Source of the DNA: Acidimicrobiia bacterium
GTDB taxonomy: Bacteria > Actinomycetota > Acidimicrobiia > Spongiisociales > JAHEDJ01
Direction of reading: 5' to 3'
DNA length: 43,027 nt
Assembly (NCBI GenBank): GCA_029210695.1
Contig: JARGFH010000032.1
Span: forward strand, 1 to 43,027
Below are positions 26,365-37,928 of the stretch, piece after piece (position 1 is the stretch's first letter; each line of letters opens with the position of its first letter). The translations under genes and the position numbers were made by a program. The notes beneath the pieces are model-generated. The model saw nothing but the letters and a program-made list of their open reading frames with translations. It had not been told where the DNA came from and did not search any database.

Positions 26365-26618
26365 CAGCTGGCCTCCTCTCTTTCAGGAACTGGATCGAAG
26401 CCACCTTCACGGAAAGGATGGCAGCGCCCGATACGACGAATCCCCATCCATACGCCGCGCACTAGCCCGAATCGGCCAATCGCATCGTAGGTGTAATGCG
26501 AACACGTTGGCTGATAGCGGCAATTCTTCCCCAAGACGGGGGACAATGCCTTCTGGTAGACCCGGATGAAAGCCTGGGCCACACCTGCGGGGCCGAATCC
26601 GGCCCTCGTTTCTGTCAC
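26364..26618 (-). CDS. yidD: Membrane protein insertion efficiency factor
   Basis: [31 protein letters not shown]. Confidence 0.95.
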   Translation of the reverse strand: MTETRAGFGPAGVAQAFIRVYQKALSPVLGKNCRYQPTCSHYTYDAIGRFGLVRGVWMGIRRIGRCHPFREGGFDPVPEREEAS

Positions 26619-26938
26619 GCCTCTGTCTCCTCACTGGCGATGGCATCCGCCAGCCATCTGATCAACCGGTCGAAGGGAACTCCTACGACCGCCGCGGATG
26701 CGACTATCACATAGTCTGTCTCATCCTGGAGCGATACCCTCCGAACCGCTTCACGAAGCCTGCGCTTCGCTCGATTCCGTTGTACTGCGCCCCCTACCTT
26801 ACGCCCGACCACGAACCCCACCCGAGGTGGACCGGCCGGCCCGGGCGCCCGAACGACTAGAACCCCACCGCGCCGACATCGGGTACCAAGACGAAATACC
26901 GCTTGGAAGTCGGAAGCACCTCGCAGCGAGAGGTACAC
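26615..26938 (-). CDS. rnpA: Ribonuclease P protein component
   Basis: [35 protein letters not shown] start at 26938. Confidence 0.94.
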   Translation of the reverse strand: MYLSLRGASDFQAVFRLGTRCRRGGVLVVRAPGPAGPPRVGFVVGRKVGGAVQRNRAKRRLREAVRRVSLQDETDYVIVASAAVVGVPFDRLIRWLADAIASEETEA

Positions 26939-26942
26939 CGTC

Positions 26943-27077
26943 TCAGACGGCGATTCGCTTCCGCCCTTTTTGCCGGCGTCGCTTGATAATGGCGCGGCCA
27001 GCCCTGGTTCGCATCTTGCCGCGAAAACCATGCTTCTTGTTGCGCTTGCGCACGTTAGGTTGAAAGGTGCGTTTCAT
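26943..27077 (-). CDS. rpmH: 50S ribosomal protein L34 (not in the ORF track)
   Basis: [44 protein letters not shown]. Confidence 0.97.
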   Translation of the reverse strand: MKRTFQPNVRKRNKKHGFRGKMRTRAGRAIIKRRRQKGRKRIAV

Positions 27078-27107
27078 GGGGGAAGTCTCCGAATCTGAGG
27101 TGGCACG

Positions 27108-27137
27108 AGGTTACGGAGGGTGACTCCCCTTTGTCAA
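27108..27137 (-). promoter_or_regulatory. Housekeeping-sigma promoter of the rpmH operon
   Basis: Minus-strand TTGACA (27137-27132), 18 nt, TAACCT (27113-27108). Confidence 0.7.
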
Positions 27138-27220
27138 AGGCCGTGAGGCAAATCGCGACCGTACTCACGTTCGATCCGCGAGAAATTTGGCTAACACGCG
27201 AAAACCCGTTTCCGGCCGAA

Positions 27221-27519
27221 TTGCCCACATCCGGACTCCGCGCGGCGTCGAGCGACACCCGAGAAAGATGCACTGAACAGGCGAAACTCCGGCGGCAAAG
27301 CAACCCACAATTAGTCCACAAGGTCGGTTTTCGCCGTCTTGAGACACCGGACGGGTCACCCATATACTCCGCTCCCGCCGGCAGGGCTTTGAACTACCGG
27401 GCACTTCCCCAACGTGCTGTACAAAAAAACGAGGTCGTGCGCGGCCCCGAATACGGAATAAGTCAGTACCCGGAGGTCGGGGAACGCTCTCCACATGGTG
27501 TGGAAATACCTGTGGACAT
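27221..27519. promoter_or_regulatory. DnaA-box cluster upstream of dnaA
   Basis: TTGCCCACA 27221, CAACCCACA 27301, TAGTCCACA 27312, CTCTCCACA 27487, TGTGGAAAT 27499, TGTGGACAT 27511. Confidence 0.7.
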
Positions 27520-27545
27520 CTAGCACGGAAGGTTGGAGGAAGACG

Positions 27546-28919
27546 TTGACGCAAGTTCAAGCGACAACCGACGATTGGAAGTCGTTCCGCAAGAGTTTGC
27601 AGGACCGGGTATCTCCGGTGACCTGGCAAACCTGGCTGGCGCCTCTGGATCTCAGAGAACCCGTTGACCGTGAGCTCACCCTCGTCGCGCCGAGCGATTT
27701 CCACCGGAGATGGATTGCCGAAAAACACCTCGCCGCAATCGAGGGAGCGGCTTTGGCGGTCTTTGGCCCGGACATCGAGGTTCAGTTGGAAACAGGAACG
27801 ATGACGCTGCCGTTCGACGAGGAACCGGAGCCCGAGGCCGCTGAACCGGAACCCCCTCCCCGCCCACGGCCCGCTGATCGGAAACCGAACCGGCCGGGTA
27901 GCCGTTTGCTGCCCCGGTATACGTTCGAACACTTCGTGGTTGGTCAGTCCAACCGTTTCGCCCACGCGGCGGCGATGGCCATCGCCGAGCAACCCGGGAC
28001 CCATTACAACCCCCTCTTCATCTACGGTGGGGCGGGCCTCGGCAAGACGCACCTACTGCAGGCCGTCGGTCATCACGCCCTGGAACTCAACCCGCTACAG
28101 GTTGTCCGCTACGTTTCCTCCGAGAACTTCTTCAACGAGTTCATCGACGGCATCCGCAGCAAACGGATGGACGAGTTCAAGGCTCGCTTTCGAAGCACCG
28201 ACGTTCTCTTGCTCGACGATGTGCAGTTCTTCGAAGGAAAGGAACAAATCCTCGAGGAGTTCTTCCACACGTTCAACACGCTGTATGAATCTGGCAAGCA
28301 GATGATGTTCAGCTCGGATCGACATCCGCGTCACCTGGACACTCTCGAGGATCGCCTCCGCAGCCGGTTCGAATGGGGACTACTTACCGACATCCAGCCG
28401 CCGGACGTCGAAACTCGTCTCGCCATTCTTCGCATGAACCTCGAATCCCTTCGCCAACCAGTGCCGGAAGATGTTCTGTTGTTCATTGCCGAGAGCGTCG
28501 AGAACAACATCCGGGAACTCGAAGGAGCAATGACCCGGGTCACCGCGTTCGCCGGCCTCACCGGCCAGCTGGTGAACCTCGAGATGGCGCAGGATGTGCT
28601 GCAGGATCTTGTTCCCTCCTCCACCCCCAGACCCCTGACCGCTGACCAGATCATGGACCGGGCGGCTGCGGCCTTCGGCTTCTCAGCAGTCGACCTCCGG
28701 GCGAAGAGCCGCCGGCAGCCGCTCGTACTCTCGCGTCAGGTGGCGATGTATCTGTGCCGCGAACTCACCGACCTCTCGCTCCCTCAAATCGGCAATCTCT
28801 TCAACCGTGATCACTCGACGGTGCTCCACGCGGTCGATAAGGTGAAGGGCCTGCTGCAGACCGATCATGCGGTTTTCGAACGGGTCACCGCGCTGTCCCA
28901 GGAGCTGCGCACAACATGA
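27546..28919 (+). CDS. dnaA: Chromosomal replication initiator DnaA
   Basis: YTFEHFVVGQSNRFA, YNPLFIYGGAGLGKTHLL, LLLDDVQF, RLRSRFEWG, RDHSTV. TTG start with GGAGG RBS at 27535. Confidence 0.98.
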   Translation: MTQVQATTDDWKSFRKSLQDRVSPVTWQTWLAPLDLREPVDRELTLVAPSDFHRRWIAEKHLAAIEGAALAVFGPDIEVQLETGTMTLPFDEEPEPEAAEPEPPPRPRPADRKPNRPGSRLLPRYTFEHFVVGQSNRFAHAAAMAIAEQPGTHYNPLFIYGGAGLGKTHLLQAVGHHALELNPLQVVRYVSSENFFNEFIDGIRSKRMDEFKARFRSTDVLLLDDVQFFEGKEQILEEFFHTFNTLYESGKQMMFSSDRHPRHLDTLEDRLRSRFEWGLLTDIQPPDVETRLAILRMNLESLRQPVPEDVLLFIAESVENNIRELEGAMTRVTAFAGLTGQLVNLEMAQDVLQDLVPSSTPRPLTADQIMDRAAAAFGFSAVDLRAKSRRQPLVLSRQVAMYLCRELTDLSLPQIGNLFNRDHSTVLHAVDKVKGLLQTDHAVFERVTALSQELRTT

Positions 28920-29085
28920 CGACAAACGCAAGCTGCGAACACCCGTCCACGGGCCCTGTGGGAATCTCCCTGGTTGTCCTCAACCGCTGTGGAGACAGGA
29001 AAGGTCCTCTGAACTGGCCCTTTCCTGTGGTTCTCAACAATCCACAGGGCCTATTACTACTACTACCGTTAATTTAGAACTTAGA
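28905..29085. other. Replication origin oriC (DnaA boxes plus DnaA-trio unwinding element)
   Basis: Boxes TGTGGGAAT 28957, TTGTCCTCA 28974, TGTGGAGAC 28988, TTCTCAACA 29031, CAATCCACA 29038, then GGGC, CTA TTA CTA CTA CTA (29051-29065) and an AT-rich tract. Confidence 0.9.
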
Positions 29086-29099
29086 AGGGATAGACATAC

Positions 29100-30185
29100 G
29101 TGCGCATCCGAGCCGAACGAGACGACCTTGTCGACGTATTTTCTCGGGCAGCCCGAGCAGTTGGCCCGCGAGCCGCATTACCGATTCTTCAGGGCGTGCT
29201 GTGCGAAGTCACCGGAAAGACGCTGCGAGTAACCGGCACCGATCTCGAGATGACGGTGCGCACGATGACGGAGGTGGAGGTCCTCGAAGAGGGTTCGGTA
29301 GTCATTCCTGCGAAACTCGCCGACGGAGCTATCTCAAAGATGCCCCAAGGAGCCGTTACGGTCGGGTCGGGGGACGGAGAAGTGGAGATCCTGGGAGCCG
29401 GCCCTGCGTTCAAGTTCCGCGAACTCCCGGTTGACGAATACCCGCAGTTGGGTGACCCCGATTTCTCTGAGGCGGTCAACCTCGACGGTGACCTCCTCGC
29501 CGCCTCAGTGGCACAGGTATCAACAGCGGCCAGTGGGGATTCAGCGCGGCCCATCCTGACCGGAATACTGGTGGAGGCGACAGAGACCGGCACTCGGCTG
29601 GTCGCAACCGACTCGTACCGATTGGCCGTCCGCGACCTGCCGGGCGTTTCGCCGGCCACTACTGCTCTGATTCCCGCCAGGGGACTCCGCGAACTGAGCA
29701 AAACCGTGGGTTCTGCAAAGGTCAAAATGGCGCTCGGCACCCGGGAGGCCGCCTTCGGGTCCGAGCGAGGGACCCTCTCGTTGAGGCTGATTGAAGGGAC
29801 TTTTCCGAACTATCAGCAACTACTCCCGGAGTCGTATCCCAACCGGGTGATAGTCCTCAAGTCGGCCTTGCTCGAAGCTCTGTCCAGAGCAGCACTGGTA
29901 GCCGAGGATCACATTCCGGTCAGACTCAAGCTGATGGAAGGCGGCGTTGAAATGACGGTCACCCGCCAGGACGTCGGCGGAGAGGCGGAACACCTGCCAG
30001 GAGAGTTCTCCGGTTCGGAGGATGAGATTCTGATCGCCTTCAACCCGAGGTATCTGGCCGATGGGGTGTCAGCCATCGAGGACGACCGCATCGAGATCCA
30101 GGTCATCGACGGTCTCAAACCCAGTGTGATTAGAGGCGTGGACGCCAGGGACTTCCTCTATCTGTTGATGCCCGTTCGGATCTGA
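29100..30185 (+). CDS. dnaN: DNA polymerase III beta clamp
   Basis: LPILQGV, GTDLE, RPILTG, VATDSYRLA, RLIEGTFPNY, AFNPRYL, LLMPVR. Confidence 0.97.
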   Translation: MRIRAERDDLVDVFSRAARAVGPRAALPILQGVLCEVTGKTLRVTGTDLEMTVRTMTEVEVLEEGSVVIPAKLADGAISKMPQGAVTVGSGDGEVEILGAGPAFKFRELPVDEYPQLGDPDFSEAVNLDGDLLAASVAQVSTAASGDSARPILTGILVEATETGTRLVATDSYRLAVRDLPGVSPATTALIPARGLRELSKTVGSAKVKMALGTREAAFGSERGTLSLRLIEGTFPNYQQLLPESYPNRVIVLKSALLEALSRAALVAEDHIPVRLKLMEGGVEMTVTRQDVGGEAEHLPGEFSGSEDEILIAFNPRYLADGVSAIEDDRIEIQVIDGLKPSVIRGVDARDFLYLLMPVRI

Positions 30186-31283
30186 ATGCGGATCGATTGG
30201 GTCGAGCTGACCGGGTTTCGCTCGTACCTGCACGTTCGACTCGAACCGGAAAAGGGCATCAACGTCCTGGTTGGCGACAACGCATCTGGCAAAACGAACG
30301 TCCTGGAGGCGATCGCTTATCTCGGCGCGCTGCGCTCGTTTCGCAATGTGACGGATGTGGATCTGGTGAACGACGAGGCTGAAGCAGCGGTTCTCCGGGC
30401 CAACGTAGAGCGAAGCGAAGGGTCCTCCTTGATCGAAGTCGAGATTCCCCGGCAGGGCAGGCGTCGTGTTCAGGTAAATCGACAGCGACCGGCCCGATCG
30501 AGCGATCTGCTCGGGCACCTGCGTGTCGTGGTTTTTCTGCCGGACGATCTCGACATCGTCAAACGCGGCCCGGCATATCGGAGGGACTTCCTGGACGCTA
30601 CAGCCGTGCAGTTGTGGCCGGGAGCGTATCTCGATCAACAGGAATATGACCGCTCGGTCCGGCAGCGAAACACGCTCCTTCGTCAAGAAGGCCGTGACGC
30701 CGACCCGGTCACGCTGGCGGTGTGGAACGAAAGAATGTCACAAGCGGGCGCGAAAGTGATGGAAAGAAGAGCACGGACCGTGGAAGCCCTTCAGCCATGG
30801 GTGCGGTCCACCTACGAGCGGTTGGCAGGAGAAGAAGCCGATGTGTCCTTCCACTATGCCTCAAGCTGGGGTGGCGATCTGGCCACCAACATCACAACCG
30901 ACGAGCGGGCCGAATTGCTTATTGCCTCGCTCGTCGAGCACGATCGAGTCGACCGGGAGCGGAGGGTCACCACCGTTGGGCCTCATAGGGATGAGCCGAT
31001 CGTGCTCCTGAACGGCCGGGATACACGGACAAAGGCCAGCCAGGGTGAGCAGCGAACACTCATGTTGGCGATGCGACTCGCCTCACACGAGGCCATTACG
31101 GAGGCGGTGGGGGAGCCACCGGCCCTGCTTCTCGATGATGTGTTCTCCGAACTCGATCGCGACAGGGCCGGCGCTCTGGCAGGGGCACTTCCGGCCGCAC
31201 AGACCTTCATAACGACCGCTCGTTCCGAGGAGGTTCCTGTGGAGGGCCATCGGTGGTCTGTGGCTAACCGGGGGATCCGGTGA
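30186..31283 (+). CDS. recF: DNA replication/repair protein RecF
   Basis: FRSY, GDNASGKTN, GPHRDE, ASQGEQR, LLLDDVFSELD. Confidence 0.96.
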   Translation: MRIDWVELTGFRSYLHVRLEPEKGINVLVGDNASGKTNVLEAIAYLGALRSFRNVTDVDLVNDEAEAAVLRANVERSEGSSLIEVEIPRQGRRRVQVNRQRPARSSDLLGHLRVVVFLPDDLDIVKRGPAYRRDFLDATAVQLWPGAYLDQQEYDRSVRQRNTLLRQEGRDADPVTLAVWNERMSQAGAKVMERRARTVEALQPWVRSTYERLAGEEADVSFHYASSWGGDLATNITTDERAELLIASLVEHDRVDRERRVTTVGPHRDEPIVLLNGRDTRTKASQGEQRTLMLAMRLASHEAITEAVGEPPALLLDDVFSELDRDRAGALAGALPAAQTFITTARSEEVPVEGHRWSVANRGIR

Positions 31284-31579
31284 ACGATCTTCACTCGATA
31301 GGTGCTTTGTTGAGGTCGGCGCTTGGTGCGATGGGTCTCGAGCAGGTAGACCTGACGCTGTCGCTCATGCAAGACTGGGATGAAATCGCTGGGTCGCCCT
31401 GGGCCGGCGCGTCGAATCCGCTGGTGATAAAGGATGGGGTCCTGATCGTCGAGGCGGCCTCATCGACGGCGGTCCGGTTCCTCCGGTACTCCGTTGGCGA
31501 CCTCATGCGGCGCCTCGACGAGCGCTTTGGCGAGGGAGTTGTGAATGCCGTCACAGTACGACCTCCACCAACCCGATAA
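31280..31579 (+). CDS. DUF721/DciA-family protein
   Basis: WDEIAG..A..P..IKDGVLIVEA. Conserved position between recF and gyrB. Confidence 0.8.
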   Translation: MNDLHSIGALLRSALGAMGLEQVDLTLSLMQDWDEIAGSPWAGASNPLVIKDGVLIVEAASSTAVRFLRYSVGDLMRRLDERFGEGVVNAVTVRPPPTR

Positions 31580-31617
31580 TTCCATATGAAATATGGCGAT
31601 TCCGCCTATCGGAGAGC

Positions 31618-31646
31618 TTGGGAAAGGGCCTCCAAACCGCTATAAT
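31618..31646 (+). promoter_or_regulatory. gyrBA promoter
   Basis: TTGGGA, 17 nt, TATAAT. Confidence 0.65.
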
Positions 31647-31716
31647 CACATCGTTGTAAATCGCGTTCCCGAGGGCCGCACGCCGGCCCCCCTTTGCTGA
31701 GAACGTCGAACGCTGA

Positions 31717-33636
<1,920 letters not shown>

Positions 33637-33648
33637 GCAGAGGACCTC

Positions 33649-36081
33649 ATGACCGATCAAGACCCACACGGGAATATCCGCGAGATCGACATCAACGACG
33701 AGATGGCACAGTCGTTCGTCGACTATGCGATGTCCGTCATCGTCTCGCGTGCCCTTCCAGACGTCCGCGACGGACTCAAGCCGGTGCAGCGACGAATCAT
33801 CCATGCGATGAACGTGGCGAACATGGGTGCCGGATCACGCCACAAGAAGAGTGCCACGGTCGTCGGAGACACGATGGCTAAGTATCACCCTCATTCGAAC
33901 GACGCCATTTACGACGCGCTCGTTCGCCTCGGACAGTCGTTCTCACTTCGCCATCCGCTTGTTGATCCGCAGGGGAACTTCGGAACCATCGACGATCCCC
34001 CGGCCGCCATGAGGTACACGGAGTGCCGTCTTGCTCCGATCTCGACGAAGCTGCTCGAAGGGATCGACGAGAACACGGTCGACTTCGTAGAGAACTATGA
34101 CGGCGAGCATCAGGAGCCTTCCGTGCTTCCCGCCCGCTTCCCCAACCTGCTCGTCAACGGTTCACAGGGAATCGCAGTCGGCATGGCAACGAATATCGCC
34201 CCGCACAACCTCGGCGAGATAATCGACGCCTGCGTGTACGTGATCGAGAACCCGGATGCCGCCGTCGAGGACCTATTGCAGTTCGTGAAGGGACCAGACT
34301 TCCCGACCGGTGCATATATCGTCGGGACGGCGGGAATTCGGGATGCTCTCACCACCGGGCGTGGCTCGGTCAAGATGCGGGCGGTTGCCGACGTGCAAGA
34401 AGTACGCAAAGGGCGCAACGCCATCGTGGTGACCGAACTCCCGTACCAGGTCTCCAAAGACCGGGTCCTCGAGAAGATCGCCGCCCTCGTTCACGACAAG
34501 AAGATCACGGGCATTTCTGATCTCCGCAACGACTCGTCGGCACGGGTCGGTACCCGGCTGGTCATCGAATTGAAGAAGGACGCCGTTCCCCAAGTTGTGC
34601 TGAATCAGCTCTTCAAGCTGACCCAGTTGCAGGAGAACTTCAGCGTCAACACGGTGGCTTTGGTCGACGGAGTGCCCAGGACGCTCAACCTCGGGGAGAT
34701 CATCGGGCACTACCTCGATCACCAGATGGAGGTGATCGAACGGCGAACCCAGTTCCGTCTCGACAAGGCGAAGGCCAGGGCGCACATCCTCGAAGGCCTG
34801 ATCATTGCGGTCGACAATATCGATGAAGTCGTCCGGATCATCAGGGCATCGTCCGACACCCCGGAAGCGCGTGCCTCGCTGATTGAGAGGTTCAGCCTCA
34901 GCGAAATCCAGGCGAACGCCATTCTCGACATGCCGCTTCGACGGCTCACCGCCCTCGAAACCGAGAAGCTGCGGGCCGAACTGTCCGAGATCCATGCGCT
35001 CATCACTGAACTCGAGGCAATCCTGGCCGACCCTGCACGGCGGCGGGCCATCATCAAAGAGGAACTGATTGCGATTCGCGAGAAGCACGGGGAGCCTCGC
35101 CGATCGCGGATCGTTCCCGACGAAGGCGACCTTTCGCTCGAGGACTTGATTGCCGACGATGAACTGATCCTCACCGTGAGTAACAACGGTTACCTCAAGT
35201 CGGTGCTGGCGGCCACTTACCGGATCCAGGGTCGTGGTGGGCGCGGCGTGAAGGCTGCCGAACTGCGCGAGGACGATGTCGTCGAGTACATGGTTCACAC
35301 AACCGCCCATGCCTACCTGCTGTTCTTCACGAACAAGGGAAAGGTGCACCGGGTCAAGGCGCACACAATACCGAGGCAGGCCCGCACCTCGAAGGGCGTG
35401 TTGGCGCAATCCGTGTTGCCGATCGAGCCGGACGAGCGGATCGAAGCCATCGTCGACACGCGTGATTATGAGACCTCCCGTTTCCTCGTGATGGTGACCC
35501 GCAAGGGCGTTGTCAAGAAGACGTTGTTCCGCGAGTACGACTCGCGTCAATCGAGCCTCATCGCCATCAAACTGCAGGACGGCGACGAGGTGGTGGCAGT
35601 TCGAACAACCACCGGGGGCAACGATCTGCTGATTTTCACGGAACAGGGTATGGGAATTCGATTCAAGGAATCCGAGTTGCGTCCCATGGGTCGAGCTACT
35701 CAGGGCGTACGCGGCATCAGGCTGCGCGAGGGTGATCGGGTGGTGGCCGCCGCTTCGAGCGCCGACGGTCCCGAGGTGCTGATCCTGACGTCCGGCGGAT
35801 ACGGCAAGCGGACGGTCATGGATCAGTTCCGCGACCAGAAGCGCGGGGGATTGGGCGTGAAGGCGATCAAACTGACCCGGGTCCGCGGCAAGCTCAGCGG
35901 CGCCAGGGCGGTCGCCAAGGGCATGGAAGTGTTTGTGATCGCCTCTAACGGAGTCGCCATTCGAACGAAAGTCGATTCGGTCAGCCGGCAGAAGCGGGAG
36001 GCCAGTGGCGTGAAAGTAATCCGGCTTCCAGAGGGTGTGACGGTTAGTGCGTTCACGCCCGTCGTAATAGAAGAGGAGTAG
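33649..36081 (+). CDS. gyrA: DNA gyrase subunit A
   Basis: RALPDVRDGLKPVQRR, catalytic AAMRYTE, GyrA box QGRGGRG and pinwheel CTD repeats. Confidence 0.97.
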   Translation: MTDQDPHGNIREIDINDEMAQSFVDYAMSVIVSRALPDVRDGLKPVQRRIIHAMNVANMGAGSRHKKSATVVGDTMAKYHPHSNDAIYDALVRLGQSFSLRHPLVDPQGNFGTIDDPPAAMRYTECRLAPISTKLLEGIDENTVDFVENYDGEHQEPSVLPARFPNLLVNGSQGIAVGMATNIAPHNLGEIIDACVYVIENPDAAVEDLLQFVKGPDFPTGAYIVGTAGIRDALTTGRGSVKMRAVADVQEVRKGRNAIVVTELPYQVSKDRVLEKIAALVHDKKITGISDLRNDSSARVGTRLVIELKKDAVPQVVLNQLFKLTQLQENFSVNTVALVDGVPRTLNLGEIIGHYLDHQMEVIERRTQFRLDKAKARAHILEGLIIAVDNIDEVVRIIRASSDTPEARASLIERFSLSEIQANAILDMPLRRLTALETEKLRAELSEIHALITELEAILADPARRRAIIKEELIAIREKHGEPRRSRIVPDEGDLSLEDLIADDELILTVSNNGYLKSVLAATYRIQGRGGRGVKAAELREDDVVEYMVHTTAHAYLLFFTNKGKVHRVKAHTIPRQARTSKGVLAQSVLPIEPDERIEAIVDTRDYETSRFLVMVTRKGVVKKTLFREYDSRQSSLIAIKLQDGDEVVAVRTTTGGNDLLIFTEQGMGIRFKESELRPMGRATQGVRGIRLREGDRVVAAASSADGPEVLILTSGGYGKRTVMDQFRDQKRGGLGVKAIKLTRVRGKLSGARAVAKGMEVFVIASNGVAIRTKVDSVSRQKREASGVKVIRLPEGVTVSAFTPVVIEEE

Positions 36082-36192
36082 GCTGCGGGGCCGGTCGGGG
36101 AACTCGACGGGCCCCTACAGCGTTGAACGACTCGGTATCCCCCGCGCAGTCGGGAGTTGCCGGTACAATCTCGACGCTCAGCAAGGAGTGCC

Positions 36193-36678
36193 ATGACGTC
36201 GGTACGACGGGTACGCAGAATCATCAGAAAGTTCGACCCCTGGACCGTTCTCAAGGTCTCCGCGGTGTTGTATGCCGTCCTGGGTCTGGCGCTCGTGCTC
36301 GGTCTAGTCATCGTGTGGTCCGTCGTCAACGCCGTTGAGATCCCTCAGAAGATCGAAAGCTTCTTCACCGAACTGGCCCTGTTCGACTCAACGAACATAA
36401 TCCCGGATAGTGAGCAACTACTCCGGACCGCAGTGTTTCTGTCGATCGCGTGGACCGTGTTCATGACCGGCATGACCACGCTGGCGGCCGTCATGTACAA
36501 CCTCGTCAGTGATGTGGTGGGAGGCATCGAGGTGGTCGTGCTCGAAGAGACAATGAACGTCCCAGTTGCCCCACAACGACCCCCGGCCGGTTGGCAAACG
36601 AACCCGACGCCACCACCGAACAAGGAGACGTCAGGGGTCGACGAACCGACGCAGGAAGTAGCGACTACGCGGCGCTGA
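36193..36678 (+). CDS. DUF3566 membrane protein
   Basis: RKFDPWTVLKVS ... YNLVSDVVGGIEV. Follows gyrA, as is typical of actinobacteria. RBS AAGGAG. Confidence 0.85.
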   Translation: MTSVRRVRRIIRKFDPWTVLKVSAVLYAVLGLALVLGLVIVWSVVNAVEIPQKIESFFTELALFDSTNIIPDSEQLLRTAVFLSIAWTVFMTGMTTLAAVMYNLVSDVVGGIEVVVLEETMNVPVAPQRPPAGWQTNPTPPPNKETSGVDEPTQEVATTRR

Positions 36679-37417
36679 ACGAAGCGACTCCCAACCCGGC
36701 AGCCACACACGCTTTGAGATACTCGGCTGCGAGCACCTGGACCTCGATCTGACGGTCGACAGGCGGCCCATCGATGAGCATGATCGCCGCACCCGCCAGA
36801 GCGATCGCTCCGCTGAAGAGCGGGTCATCGACGACGGCCTCGAGTGCGGTTACGTGATGCGTTCCGACGAATCCCTCGGCTCGGACACTGATTGCCGTGA
36901 GCTCTCCATCGTATGGAGCATGCGCGAACATCAATCCCGCCGGCGAAGAAACCGGTGCCGGAACCGTTTCACACCATCGAACGCCGACAGGATCGGGGAA
37001 CATCACCGAACGATCCTGCCGGATTCGTTTGGGCGGAACTGTGATGGCTGCCACCACCGACTCGACCACATCGAAGCGCTCCATGAGGAGCACGGCAAGC
37101 GCCGCCGGTAAACCCGAGCCGATCGACGCGGCGGCAACCACCGGAGCCATACGGCTTGCCTTCCGGATGTGGCGGAGTGGGTGTGGTGTGATGATCGGCA
37201 CGTGCTGGTCGATTGCCGCCAGGATGCGAGGGTCGTCGATGGCGGCGTCCGAGACCATCACGTCCCACCCGGCGAGGTCATCGATCTTGGTGACCCTGGA
37301 ATCTCGTGAGCGCACACCGGTTCCCAACGTACCCAACGCCTCAACGCGCTCGTCAGCCAGCAACACCCGCCCGGCCCTCATGCCGATAGCGTCCGACGGG
37401 GCGAGTGCGACCCTCAT
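36665..37417 (-). CDS. Hypothetical protein, possibly a degenerate Rossmann-fold (saccharopine dehydrogenase-like)
   Basis: 250-aa ORF with coding-like composition. The N-terminal beta-alpha MRVALAPSDAIGMRAGRVLL lacks GxGxxG. Confidence 0.6.
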   Translation of the reverse strand: MRVALAPSDAIGMRAGRVLLADERVEALGTLGTGVRSRDSRVTKIDDLAGWDVMVSDAAIDDPRILAAIDQHVPIITPHPLRHIRKASRMAPVVAAASIGSGLPAALAVLLMERFDVVESVVAAITVPPKRIRQDRSVMFPDPVGVRWCETVPAPVSSPAGLMFAHAPYDGELTAISVRAEGFVGTHHVTALEAVVDDPLFSGAIALAGAAIMLIDGPPVDRQIEVQVLAAEYLKACVAAGLGVASFSAA

Positions 37418-37574
37418 CCGGCGATGTCGCGCGGGACCCACGTTCCCGCTTCGGCCGAGGGCGGAGAGCCGTGGCGCGCTCTATGCAGAAGCACCGCGAT
37501 GAGCAGTGAGATCAGGCCGAGGGATGGAAGAAGCGTGCGGGTCCTCACTTCGGGGAGTGTAGGTGATTGCGCTC

Positions 37575-37835
37575 TCAGGAAGCAGATCTGAGGCGCCGAC
37601 GTCTGCGCAGCGGCTGTAGTTCGTCCTGCGTCAACCCACCCCAGATGCCGTAGCGGGGCCCGGTCTGGAGCGCATAATCGAGGCAGTCGGCTTTGACCGG
37701 GCAGCCTGCACAGATCGCCCGTGCTTGCTGGAGTGAGCTCGTCGTCGAGGTCGATTCCCCTCCGAAGAAGAGGGAGGGATCATGTGACCTGCACGATGCT
37801 CGTGCACGCCATGAGCCGTCGGGAGGAAGTTCCAT
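37575..37835 (-). CDS. WhiB-family Fe-S transcriptional regulator
   Basis: WRARASC, LFF, C-x2-C (ICAGCPV), DCLDYAL, GIWGGLT and a basic tail. Confidence 0.94.
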   Translation of the reverse strand: MELPPDGSWRARASCRSHDPSLFFGGESTSTTSSLQQARAICAGCPVKADCLDYALQTGPRYGIWGGLTQDELQPLRRRRRLRSAS

Positions 37836-37928
37836 ACCTTCTTGTACGTCGCCGCCAATCGTTGCGGATGATCACAATGAGCCCGGCGACCCATGTCTTT
37901 GCGTGGCCACTCTGCGTAGTATTGAAGT

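Noticed and set aside
27131..28052. ORFs in the rpmH-dnaA spacer and antisense to dnaA
   Set aside because: The region is explained by promoters and DnaA boxes; the translations are not protein-like.
36083..36125. GC-rich hairpin after gyrA as a tRNA or sRNA
   Set aside because: No cloverleaf or T-loop motif; at most a weak terminator-like stem.
37862..37877. TTGCGGATGATCACAA as a CRP/Rex site upstream of whiB
   Set aside because: Half-site spacing fits neither consensus; too weak to call.
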